Positions 1 to 12,600 of a stretch of 64,000 bases of DNA are shown here, piece by piece. Within the stretch, counting starts at the first letter, position 1, and every line of letters begins with the position of its first letter. Origin of the DNA: Botryllus schlosseri (taxonomy: Eukaryota); contig CM119372.1 in assembly GCA_051294905.1 (NCBI GenBank), positions 12,340,001 through 12,404,000 of the forward strand, read 5' to 3'. The notes under the pieces were generated by a model. It saw nothing but the letters and a program-made list of their open reading frames with translations, searched no databases and had not been told where the DNA came from. The translations under genes and the position numbers were made by a program.

Positions 1-3000
1 TCGATTTGAGGCAATGATGTCTAAACAGGAGTCCAGAGATCTAATCTTAAACGCTCGGAATTCTATAAAATTCTCGGATTACTCCGGGTTCTCTTCAAGC
101 TGAAAGTTTGCAACCGTAGGTGAGACTGTACCTGTCCGTCGCAATTTACTGGTTAACCCTATGACGTGCTACCACACTGACACTTTGCGCGAACAATTGG
201 ACATTGAACAATCTGTGATATTCTGTCGGGACAGCACTTGTTGTAATTGCTATGAAACGAAATCGCAGTATGGCCGAACTGTGATCGTTGTGTCATGAGT
301 TGCCTGAGAGTCGATATCGTGCGCGCATGAGATCGAATGGGCTCTCAAATTCTTTAGCTCTACCGCCACACTAAATCCAGTATAACATGTGACAGTCACA
401 TGCAAGTCTATTTATCCGAAGTGATTCCTATTCGCAGAGTATTTGCGTTACGCTTTGAAATAATTTCAGATCGGGTATAAAATGGGGTTGCTAACTCGAC
501 CTCCTATTCAAATAAGGTCACATTTTTCAAATCTAAATGCATACTCATAGAAAAATGGCCATCAATCGATCACTGGGCTAATTCGTAATGGCAAATCTCA
601 GCAAGTATTTATATTTTACTGGAGTACTCACGTAGGTTCTGTTTAGGTACAGAAATTAGTATACTCAGGTTTATTTATTAGACTGGTTTCATTTCGCATA
701 AGGTATAGTTTTGAAGGACTATCTCTTAAAAGAGCTCATTGAAAATTCATTTTAAAGCTTTGATAGCTGAAAGTTATTGGACTCGAGTAATGAAGTTCAG
801 GTCCGCGTAGGATAATAATCACGTGGGAAATAGCCGTAAATTGGTGTGATCGACTCAATATCTGAGTATCCATCCGTCGTATATGCAAGTAATTGAAGTG
901 AAGTTTCAACGTGTGGAAATCGCGCTGCTCGAAAATATCCGCAACATGCTATTCTCTTGCAGTTAACATGGAAAATTGTTCAAGCATCTACCCACTTTGA
1001 TCTAGAAATAGACATGCGATCAAAACATATTCTGATGTAGCTATTAGCGATGTAAGATTATACCTCAAGAATTGCATTGCGAGACAAACCGAAATTGCAT
1101 GGATTACTGGCAGACAATGCGCCGTACTAATCTACTGCCATCAAGGCCACGGTTGCGATTTGTGCAATGTTGTATTCACGCCTTCGGCATACTCGGCGTG
1201 CTTTGTCGCAGGGGAATGAGAAAGGCACTCTCTCGAATTCGAGAACGCATCCAGTGTAACCCGAACGTCCGTGCGTCACAATTTCTAAAAGAGAATACAA
1301 ATTGATTACTTTACGTCAAAGGAACGTATATTTGGACGTCGTCACGGCGGTTAGCCAACAAAAATACAGCTTCCTGCCGTTAAAAATATAGTAGCGGCGT
1401 AGTTGACCCATGTCAGCTTTAGACGCCCGCGGGCCGTAGATACTCGCTTGCAAGTAAACATTGGGTTATAGTGGGTTAAGGTACGTAGCGAAAAGCGTGC
1501 AATTATTTCTCTGTCTAAGTGAGGTGAATCCATAAATATCATTCCACAAAGGCGTGCACGGCGTCACAAAGAGAATCGAACGTGGAACTCGACTGATGTC
1601 TATGGGGGGTAATTGTGTGGGAACGGGCGATTTGGTGTCTAATATAGCGTACGTGATATTTTAAGATTCCCTATTATATAGTGTTTATTTTTGAGACAAA
1701 ATGCTGCGTTATGAAACCATAATTTCGCGCGATGCCGATGTTTAAAAGAATTCGGACGGTTCTCATGTTTTGCACATCGCGCAGTGCAAAGTCATGATAC
1801 CGTGTATTTTCAAATTCAAATTTAAAAGAACCAAACCCCGTTATTTGAGGAATACGTGGTTTAACCGTTTGTGCAACAGTTTTGCTGGTCATACTCAGCG
1901 CGGTATCTCGAGCTAGCTCTAGATATCCCTGGGAAATTGAGGATGCACATCTATAACCAGGGGCATAATATATATCCAGATACAGTCGTTTCAACACATC
2001 AACTTGGTATGTAACTCGTGCCGACACATGCCTATTATTTTTCTCTGCTTGCGCATATCTATATGCTTATTATGTTTTCGCATTTGGGGCACATACCACT
2101 GTCAACGCACTCTTTCATTTTTATTACTAATTGCTACAAAATACTTTCTTATGGTTGATTAATGGCATTCTCAGCTGAAGTAGCCCCTTGCTCTGAAACG
2201 GCAGTGGGAGTTGAAATGTGAACGTTGTGAATAAATTTGAATTAGCCTAGTTTATTACTGTAACTCATGCATCCACTCGGTACCGATTTAGAAGCCGATG
2301 CATTTATATATGCGCGGTTTATCAAAAAAGGCATAACACGTCATTGTAGACAGAACTGGTGCGAATGATCACGAAGTTACTCCATGTTCCCACCGACCGC
2401 GTATGACTCAAGCGCACTAGTGCTTCCGAAACGCAACAGCAACATTTATACGATCCCAAAAGCGGGACCTTTAGAAATATTCTAGAAGTGGCGGTGACGG
2501 CGGTAAATTCTCTTCGAAATTTTCGCAAATATCAAACAGTTCGTGTATGTGATCGAAACGATGTGCTGCACACTTTCGAACAAGCGAAAGGGATCCATGC
2601 GCCTTTGTAATCCTATCGCGGATTTTTCGTTTTGTGAACAGGATTTTTCGGTCTAATTTCCATCACTGCAACGCTAATGACGCTCTCCCCTTACGCAAGC
2701 ATCGCATTTGCCGAGTGACAACGTAAGCAACAGTGTGAATTACGTCCGTTCATTGTGGCTACATATAATCAATATTTTAACTTCAAGATTAGCAGACGAG
2801 CGTGTGCGGCTTTACGTTGCGACGCACGTCGTCACGTCTTGGACGGCGACGCATTGCCGCGACGCGCACTTTCAATCGGTAAAATTGATCCTCGTTAAAT
2901 ATAATAAAGTTTTCAGCCGCCGGTTTGAATAACTCTATATTTTCGATATATATCAATTGCATATGTCCGTTTGGGCAGCGTGACGCAATATCGGTCATTT

Positions 3001-6000
3001 TGCAGACGAAACTCCGGTTATAGAATAAAAGCGTCATTGGCTTTTTCGAATGTGAATAATTTAATACCAAGTGTGTGTCTTGGTTTTGCATTCCACGATC
3101 CCGAAAAAAAATCCAAAAGTAATCGACAATAACCAGTTGAAAACCAGGTGCGCCTGTTTTTGCGGCGAGGCACGGCTCCGTCTATTCACGGGCGATAACT
3201 CTCAACGCGATGGCAAATTAATTCACAGACAGCACGTCTGTTATTATTTGTTATCTCGTATACGGAGCCGACTTGCCTTTACGCGTTGTAGATATTCTCT
3301 CGCCTACAAAGAAGTACTTCGAGGCTAAATCCAGGAGATGAACCTTGAAATCATCCTCTGGATAATTTGACATTCCTACTAATTTTTCTGAACTTGGATT
3401 CGCGGGGCATAGTCAGTGACTGTATGGCCCCTGTGCAGAATTCAATCACCGAATTATGATGTCAAATATAAATTTCTAGTAGTGAACGTTAAACATATAA
3501 AACCCTACATAGTTACACAAATTTTAATAGCGTTATAGTTGTAGTAGTCAATCGGTTGTTTATGTTTCCAATGAATATTCAGAGTACACAATGGTCGATG
3601 CTGGAGCTGCAATCATGTATTTAGGATTTGACAGAATACTTCTCTTGCGGCTATTGCATATTTCGAATAAATATGTCACATGGTGCAAAGCCGTGAATGA
3701 TGAGATCAATGAATCGCCGGCATAAATAGCTATCACTGAAATCGAATGGCTTTGCCTATTCAGCTAAGAATCTGACAGTCCATTTATCAGCGGCAGTAAG
3801 CTGGATTGTGTTTGGTAAAAAATCCATCAATTAACCGCCGCGCTTCGAGTTATCTGCGGCTGAATTGGGATTGGCTTTTCACGATGCGAGAGTCCTCTAC
3901 TCCACTGTATTTTCTTGTCACGTGACGGAAAACGAAATTCAACCTTTTAGGTATACAGGAAGTAGAAATACGTTTAGAAAATGAAATCCTGTAAACACGA
4001 ACGAAAATTCTCTTTAATCATATATGCACTGTACATTACACAAGTAAATTCTATAAGGGGACCAATTTCAAATATACGATTTCATCTTTAAGCCTTAGTA
4101 AACTCGCGGATTGTGAGATGGAGTTGACAGTTTGGACTAAATATCTAGAACTAGATACTTATATACAATCGCATACAAATTGTATCACACGTTTGGAATT
4201 ACAGATTATTACGAAAGTAGAATTAGCAATTGGGAATTGAAACCGGGAGTATTAACCGCGATCGGCTTCATAACACTGGTTCTGAACCTGGGGTTTTCAC
4301 GCACCCCAGAGATTCGCTGGAGGTCAAGACACGAACCCGACTCATACAGCAGAAGTCAAAGTGATTTGCAGTAAATATCCATTATAATCCTTTTGTTTTG
4401 TCTGGAAATCGTGTTTTAATGTTTCTGTTCTTTTAACACTATCGTTGATACACAGATAATTTTGCGCACCCGCAGTGTTCTAACGTGATAGATCTCTGTT
4501 TTTGTGAATAGGCCAAAATTTGGGGTTCGTCGCCAGCTTGCAGTTTAGCGTTAGGATTCGCCTGATTAGTAAAGGTTAAAAAGCACTTGTATTATCAACG
4601 GGGCACGCAACGACAAATGCTTCGTGACTAAGTGCATTGTGCATGGTGTAATTCCGTTATTTTGTGTCCCCATTGGGCAGACCTGGGCAAAGTGCGGCCG
4701 CGGAGCTATTCTGAGCGGCCCGCGAAAAGTTACTTAGAATTAAAAATATAAAACCTACTTTTGAATGTTGATGTGTGGACTAAAACCACAGGCTCTATAA
4801 ACTGAACCGGAGATTCGTTTACTTTGCAGCCTGTTCAATAATATGTCGTATGCGTAATCCAGATTCAAAATAAAGCCAACGTAGCAAAAGGGTGCCGTGA
4901 CAATTAAAGTCACAAGTCACACTTTCCATTTAGTTTAGTTCAAACCTTCTTTGTTGCCATTGTCACATTACGCATTACACGGTCTTTGACCTTTTTTTAT
5001 TTTTATTCATAAAGTCAACCGACCACGATGTGGAAAAAATTTACCATTCTTTCAGGATTTTCCTCCGGTTTTGCAAGTCTGAAAATTTTGAAAAAGTGTC
5101 CTCTTTTCAGCTTTCCAAAATATGGTAACCCTAGTACAGTTTAATCTTCCATATCAAACGAAGTCACAAAACGTGCAGTAAGCTACCGGTATCCACTTTG
5201 TTTTATCAAACAGCGACAGTAAAAACCGAATTGACAACGGTGTGGGAGAGTCAATTCACCAAATACAAAACCGAACGACTCACTCTGCAATATCTAATGC
5301 GAAAAGTCGATTCGATATGCGTGCATAATAGCCTACATTCATACACATCACAATACCACTCATGATAACAATTCAAAATCGTTGCTGACACATTTGAATC
5401 ACAGCCTTTCAATCGCTAACAGATAGTTAGAAATCACAAGTTGCTTCAATATTCATTGTAATATGAAAAAAATATCCAACGGGCAAGCAAAAAAAGACAC
5501 TAAAGGACTGAATGTCTGCAAGTCTGTGTATGGTAAGCATTGATGGAGGTTACTTCTTGGCGACTGAGACTTTTTTCACTGTATAAGTGAGTATGTTCAA
5601 TCGTTCATTGATGAAACTATGTCCCTATTGTCCAACGGGACACAGTTCATCAGTCATTGTACCATTTGCTGACATTTTGATTAACAAGTTGAAAGTAAAT
5701 GGAATTATAGTTACACATTAGCCTAAATGCAGCATGGGTCGCGCGTGTCGCCTACATGAGAACAAAATGCACGGGCGGTGACAACGGGAAAATGCCTAGT
5801 CAACGAGCTACATCCCTAATTGCTGGATACCCGGGTTAATCAATCCACAGTATATCGTAAATCCAGATTTCAGCACTCAACTTTTTGGCCTCGACCCTAA
5901 GATTTTCATTCGCACAACATAGATCCCTTGGAAAGTAGACCGCGGGCTTCACGTACCTCAATTTAGGGATTTAGCGTTACAGAATTGTTTTGTCGCTTCA

Positions 6001-6152
6001 TGTCGACTCATTTCAATACTTGTTGAGATTTCTATCTAAAACTTTCATAAAAATCTATATTTGCAAAAAGCCTTATTTTTGGCATTTTTATGTTTGACAG
6101 TTTTGGCATTTCGTTCCCGAAATGCCAAAAATAACACGGCCTGCCCATAAAG

Positions 6153-7010
6153 CGGGGGCGGGCAACATACGGCCCGCCAAGGAATTTTGTCCGGCCCGCG
6201 GACAGTTTTCCCTCTTACATGATAATGTGGTCCGCGGCCCCAGTTTGCCGAGATTCCCCAATCCCCACTGCTTGCTTACTACGTCAAATTTTAGTGACTG
6301 TATGTTATTATACGTGTATGCGCAGCGTGCGAGAGTGGAGCTTACGCGTAAGTTCGTCGAAGCGAGAAGACTTGCATTATCGGCATTTACGATGTACTCA
6401 ACCCTAATGTCGTTTCTGGTAATCATGGTGTTTGTCGACTACAATGCTCATTTACACCAGGCTGATATTTCTTATTTTTGATTCCGTGGCACGGCACACT
6501 TCTAGGCTTTTCTAAGGCACCGCTTATGCCATCCAGGGGTCGCCAACTCAAAACGGGTCGTGGGCAACTTTTTAAATTTCGTAAAGGACGCGGGCCGCAT
6601 GAATTCAATATCGAGATTAATTAGGCCACACAGTTCAACAACGACGCTATATCGCCACGTACTCAACCATAATGAATTGATATCTTGGTAAATTTCGGGT
6701 ACCAGGCTTATCGAACGCCATGAAATGTTAACTAAGGATTGCATTGCGTGTGGATTGATCAGAGAGAAGCAGACTTGGCTGCGCCTGTATGACAATGCTA
6801 TTCTCAATCCACGTTGTCTTCGTCATTATCGGCGAGAAATGGCTTTGAAGTGACATTGCCGTCGTTAAAATACATCCATTAAATACGATTTATTCCTTGT
6901 ATATGTGGATAAATGGGCGAATAATGTATCGATTCAGCAATCCGGCCCGCCAAGTAGCTACCTAATTTTCCTATATCCGGCCCGCCAACTGGACAAGTTG
7001 CCCGCCCCTG
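6153..7010. mobile_element. Non-autonomous hAT MITE
   Basis: TIR CGGGGGCGGGCAAC / GTTGCCCGCCCCTG (13/14); perfect 8-bp TSD CCATAAAG at 6145-6152 and 7011-7018; subterminal GGCCCG motifs. Confidence 0.9.
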
Positions 7011-7256
7011 CCATAAAGGATGAACGACGAACGTGAACTGGCATGTCAAATAACAAAAGCCGAAAGTTGAAATTCAAAGGTTTGGAGCACTAGATATTTG
7101 TTTACTGGAGTCAGGGTTGAGCCCGTCCTTTCAGTTTGCGTCGAGCAGGTCGTCGTGTTTAAGGAGTACAACTTAAGTCGGTCTCATGACAAAAACACAA
7201 AGACACTCGGTCAAGAGAGGGCAAATTTCAGAAGAACTGCAAGCTTCGCTCTAGAA

Positions 7257-8424
7257 CAGTGGTTCCCAACGTGGGCGATATCGCCCCCCAGGGGGCGATT
7301 TGGCGGTCTAGGGGGGCGAAAATAACGAAAGGGGCGATAGGGGGGCGAAAACGGACGAAGGGGGCGATAGGGGGCGAAAACAACGAAGGGGGCGATAGGG
7401 GGGCGATGGCGCGTTAAAACGGCTTTATTGGACTCGGGACCCTAATTACCGCCCCCCAAACCCACCAATTGGGGGTGGGGGGCCCGAAACCGAAGGAAGC
7501 CCAAAATTATTTCGTGAATTAACATGAATGATGGAGTAATTTTAGAAATTCATGCGACTTTTTCAAAAAAATTTCGCGCAGGGGGCGATTTTATATTTTG
7601 ATGTATCTTCATGTTGGGGTCCCCATCACCCAACAAAAATACGCATGATTTATGGAAATGGGAGACTTCGGCGTCGACCATTACTGCGTTACGACGCACC
7701 AAGACATATGAAGTTAGAGTCCATGTAAAAGTGTGCCAGAACGATCAGCAGCGAGAAGACCTTGGCCAAAAAGGAATGCCCTTGTGCTGACCGAAAACTT
7801 CGATATATATACAAATATGTTTAATTGTTCATAGGCACCTCAATGGCTGGCGTCGAATGTTCCTGTCCTGGTGACCTTAACCCTACAGGACGAATGCCAT
7901 CCCGCGAGAAAAAAAATATTTGCCAGTAAAGAAATACCAATATGAAATCATGTGCGTCTTTCAGTTTGTTACGGTTTGACGATTTTCATATCTTCTGACA
8001 TAGCAGATATACGAGGTCACGAAATAGCATCATGTAAAGAAGTCAATATAACAATAATTCCGCCCGAAGATGTTCAATTATTATTTAGAGGTCCTGCCTT
8101 TTCCAACATACCACATCGACCATATTGACCGATTCAAACATGAATTCTATAAATTTGTCGCGCTTCGCGCGTTTAGGCGAAATATGGTGACACACCGAAC
8201 ATAGTACAGGAAATAGGGTATAGCTGATATGTAGCGACAAAAAGCCCACTGGCTGATGGGTGTCTAGCGTTTGGTTGTCACCCAATGGGGCCAAAGACCA
8301 ACGTTTTTTTCGGGGGGGGGGGGCTGGCGAAGTGCTGTTCTTCGGTTCCCAATATTTGGGGGGGCGATGATCGGTGTGGAGCTTCAAAAGGGGGCGATGA
8401 GTTGAAAAAGGTTGGGAACCACTG
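7257..8424. mobile_element. Non-autonomous hAT (Charlie/Buster-like) MITE
   Basis: Perfect 14-bp TIR CAGTGGTTCCCAAC / GTTGGGAACCACTG; perfect TSD CTCTAGAA (7249-7256, 8425-8432); GGGGGCGA subterminal repeats; interior ~7434-8350 is homologous to the 21354-23121 family. Confidence 0.93.
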
Positions 8425-8930
8425 CTCTAGAACAAGGCTATTTCACCAAACTGCGCACTGCTCGGAAGTCAGCGACCAAGACAATAAGCTTGGTAGCATC
8501 CCAAACACATATTAATGTCTTAACAGAAAAACGTGGATAGGGGTTGAGTGTTTAAAATGTATCATGCTGTTTAACATTGCTTCGAATTATGACGGCAAAT
8601 TAATATTACGATTTGTTATTAATTAACCGTCACTTTACTTTTTGATTACTTTATACATCAACATATCCACTGGGCCTCATTTATGAACAATGTAATTCAC
8701 TGCGTTCAATTTAGAAATAAAATGAATAGATGGGAGAATATAACAAATATTTTTGACTTGGTCCGCCAACGTATTTTCAGATTCTCATTTGGCCCGCGGA
8801 AAAAAATAATTACCCACCCCTGCTATTGGAGAACCAATACCTACCAACTCCTTCTCGCTCAGGATCGAATGAAGTCTTTAAATCTAGCATGTCGAGCGAT
8901 TCTCTCTATCTGACGAGAAATGAAACACAG

Positions 8931-9433
8931 TGTAGCCGCAACCCGCAGATCGCGCCACAGGGTGGATTGAAATATCTGGCTGCTTATATTCCCTTTCGGC
9001 ACAGAGAAAAAGACTCGCTTTGTTGGTGCGTGTTTTCTATTAAAAATGAAATACAATAAGCATTGGCAAGTATGTACTAAGCTATCAAATACAAAGCATC
9101 TTACTTGACAATGTGTCTTCCGGGTTTTTTAGTTTATTTTATTTATAGATTTACTTTGACTGTAACAAGATATCAAAACAGTGAGACAATGAATCAATTA
9201 ACCTAACTAGCCCTATTCTAGCAATGCAATAAACCTAACTATTCCTATTCTATTAACTGAACTAATGCCAAAACGATCCTACCACTAACGCACGTGTACT
9301 AAACGGTGAATTACACCACGATACGTCAGACCTAGTTACCGCTGTGAGGTAACAATGACACTGAGTCCACTTCCTTGTTCGGCGGGAGTGTGAAGGAGCC
9401 ACAGCGACACCTTAGGGCCGTACGGCGGCTACA
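8931..9433 (-). repeat. 3' LTR of the BEL/Pao element
   Basis: 503-bp direct repeat of 13234-13736; no mismatch found by eye. Confidence 0.96.
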
Positions 9434-9681
9434 TCCTGGCCCCTTGGAAATTCAAAATTTGTTCCGAATTTGGAGATTTCCACACACACACTCTCACGCA
9501 GTCAGCAGGTGCTACCAAACGAAATGGTAATTATTTAACGAAATCAAAACTCAAGTTATTCTCTCTTATGTAAGAGGGCAAGCTTAGAAATACAACGGGT
9601 GTATTTTGAAAGTTTAGTCCACAGTGGCTGGTCTAGGAGCAACTGTGGATTGTTTGACAAAAAGACAAATTTAGAAGTGTA

Positions 9682-12600
9682 TCAGCAGAAAGGCCTCTCA
9701 AGGCGATGTCTGCAGGGATTCAACTTGGACGGTACATTCCACCATCGATACAGGTTGGACCCAGCTTTGATTTGGTTGAAAACGAATGTCTTGAAGGCGT
9801 TGCAGAAATTTGCAAGATACCACATTGCAGTTATACACATCCACCAGAGAAAGGAGAGGCTGATTGTAAATATCGGTTCTTTTGGAAAGTATTTGTCATT
9901 GTTGACCGTACAGTTTGAGTTCATTTCAGAGTAAGGGAAATCTTTCTTCCGTTGGAGACGAAACAGATCCTTGTCTTCTTCACAAGCCTTCGCTTGGTGA
10001 ATCACAGCTCGAACATCTCCTTGGATGCCGACGATATGTTTGTGGACACTGGATGAGACTTCAACCAGATCCTTTGTCAAATCTGGCCCCTGTAACAGAC
10101 CATCATTAAGTGAGATGTCATTATACAGTTCCATTGATTTTTCTGCAGATTCAAGAGACAGTTTATCATTCTGTGACAGTTCTTGTTTCTCGTTCTTCTT
10201 CGAGTCGACAAAATCCCGACACAGCTGATATAAGGATTTCGGCAAATTCGTTGCAGGCTTTGAGAAAAATACCTTTTTTGTTCCGACTTCCGCTTTGGCC
10301 GGGCAGTTTATCATCCAGCCTGCAAACGTTCTTGTTGCATAATAGTCATTTGGACCATGAATTACCTCCAGGGGCTTGTGAAGCCTTCTGTTTTCTTTTC
10401 CAATTAATAGTCCAACTTCGGATGCTAGTTTTGGGATACACAGGTCTTGGAATTCCGGAAATTGGTTGACATCTTCTTGTCTGGGAATGTCGACGTCCTC
10501 GACACCAATCCAGTCAGTTGATACTAATGGTGTAAGCGGAGCATATTCTGTGCCATAGAAGTCGGACAACTCAAGATTATCGAATATGTTACCTTTGTAA
10601 CCGGATAATCCTGCCAGAGTGCGAAGATCAAATTCTGTTTGACCACCTTGGAGGCAAAGTTCCTTTGCAAGATTTTCACTGATGAATGAAAGGTGACTTC
10701 CATTGTCGAAGAAAGCGTGTGTAGCAATATAGCAGTTTGTTCCTCGAATTCTGACGCGGACGGGTGCCACGTTAAGTAACACATTTTCTTCAGGTAATTT
10801 GGCGAATGCATTGAATTTCACAGGTCCTTGAGCCTTTGGAGCGTTTTCTTGGGCGACAGTTGAAGCCGCAGAATTTTGGACAACGGGTTCGCTCGCATTG
10901 TCAGAAGAGACTGGATTCACATGCAGGAGTGTTGTATGTTTTCCATCACAATGTTGATACTTGCATGGCTTTTCTCTAGTACAGTTGTCGGACCAGTGTC
11001 CGGGTTGCAAGCACGAGAAGCATAGCTTGTTATTTTTCACAAAATCTCTTCTGCCAGTAACGTCCATATCACGGAACACCTGGCACTGATTGAGGAAGTG
11101 TTTTTTCTTACATTTTATGCACGATGACCCACAGTCATCCTTGGTGCCTTTATTACCGGCACAAACAGAAGTTGCAAAGTTTGATTTTGTTTGCCTTACA
11201 ACAACTGGCTTATTGTTTGTACTTTGTTCACGGGGAGGGACATTTGACGCTTCACGTACCTTTTTACGCACGTAAGCCGACAGGTCACTCATTTTCACTT
11301 CGCACTGCAGTTCATGGAGGATATGGTCCATGACGCTAAGCCAGCCTGACCTCCATTGTGAGGGCATTCTGAGTGCGATTTTATCGATCGTCTCCAGCGA
11401 GACGGATTGGTAGTTAATACCTTTGAGAGTATTTACACAGGATATAAGATCGGCGGAAAGAATCGCCAAGCCATCTTGATCATGCAACTTTACTTGAGGA
11501 CCAGAGGATATTAAGTTTAAACAAGAAGGTCCGATTCTGAACTTTTGGCCATACATCTCTTGTAGCAGGTTCAGTGCTTTTCGGTAGCAGTCGTTTGCAT
11601 CAAGGTGTAAGCAGCTCTTGACGAGAGTATTTGCTGGTCCCTTGGTGTAACGCATCAAGTACACCAGTTTTTGTTTCTGATTTATAATTTTGTTTCCAAT
11701 TGTTATTTCAAAAATGTCCATGAAACTATTGAAGTCACTTGGATTACCAGAAAAGATTGGGGGTTCTAAGGGTGGCAAAAGGTTTGGTTGAGTTACTGGC
11801 GGGGCTATAGAATGCACAACGTTGGCAGACGAACATGAGTCATTGTTTGTGGAAGCCAAAATGGAACTAGGCACTACTTCTGGGCCAGATGGGCTTCTCA
11901 AATCTAAAATTGGTTTGTGATTCAAGGTAATGAATGGAGAAGTTGTAGCCACCATATTTGTTAGATTTGACATAATGGGATTATTTGACGAGACCGAATT
12001 AGGAGGTTGGCAATAGACGTTGGTGCCAGATAACACAGTATTAGGACTACTTACACTCGTACTGCTGACGTTCCTTGCACTCACACTATTGGCATTCATA
12101 GCACCCACACTGCGAATTGGTAAGGAACAATATGAACTTCCAAGGGGTGAGAAAATAGCCGACGTACCTGTTTCTGAGAGATTTGGAGTCATCGAAGGTT
12201 CTCGAAGTTGCTGCGGTTCTGGTTTTACCACTGGTGCCAGTGGAACGTTGGCGTTCTCGGATACTGTGACGGAGTTCGAGCTTGATATTGGTTGATGCAC
12301 AATTTGGGTGCTTTTAGAGCCGTTATATAGTCCCCGTTCAATCATAATTTCCTCGAATTGAGCTTCTGATTGTAGCTTTTCTCGCTCAGTTCTATCGTCA
12401 ATTTCTTGTAGGTTATTCTTCAGTCTTTGATTCAAAGACCTTCTGCCTTCGAGAGCCTTCAATCTATGCATTTCGAGTTTTCGTCGTAAACCCATTTGAC
12501 GCTTCCGATCTTCCTCTTCTCTACGTCTTAATTCCAATTGACGACTCTTTTCTTCTTCTTGACGTCTCATTTCTTCTTCTTGACGCCTCTTTTCTTCTTC

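Larger units (their letters stand above)
4678..8822 (+). mobile_element. Old hAT (Charlie/Buster-SPIN type) element with transposase N-terminal relic, hosting nested MITEs
   Basis: Termini CAGACCTGGGCAA...TTACCCACCCCTG; degenerate 8-bp flanks CCATTGGG/CTATTGGA (6/8). Relic at ~7085-7200 reads WSTRYLFTGVRVEPVLSVCVEQVVVFKEYNLSRSH, resembling the zinc-finger start of GTF2IRD2/SPIN-type hAT transposases. Pairing of the two ends is inferred. Confidence 0.5.

Noticed and set aside
1..4200. Short ORFs in the first 4 kb and most other ORF-track entries under 130 aa
   Set aside because: No recognisable domains or coherent splice chain; elsewhere such ORFs are antisense or off-frame shadows of exons or repeat translations.
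6513..6531. miR-124-like string TAAGGCACCGCTTATGCCA
   Set aside because: It has several mismatches to the mature miRNA, lies within a MITE and has no convincing hairpin.
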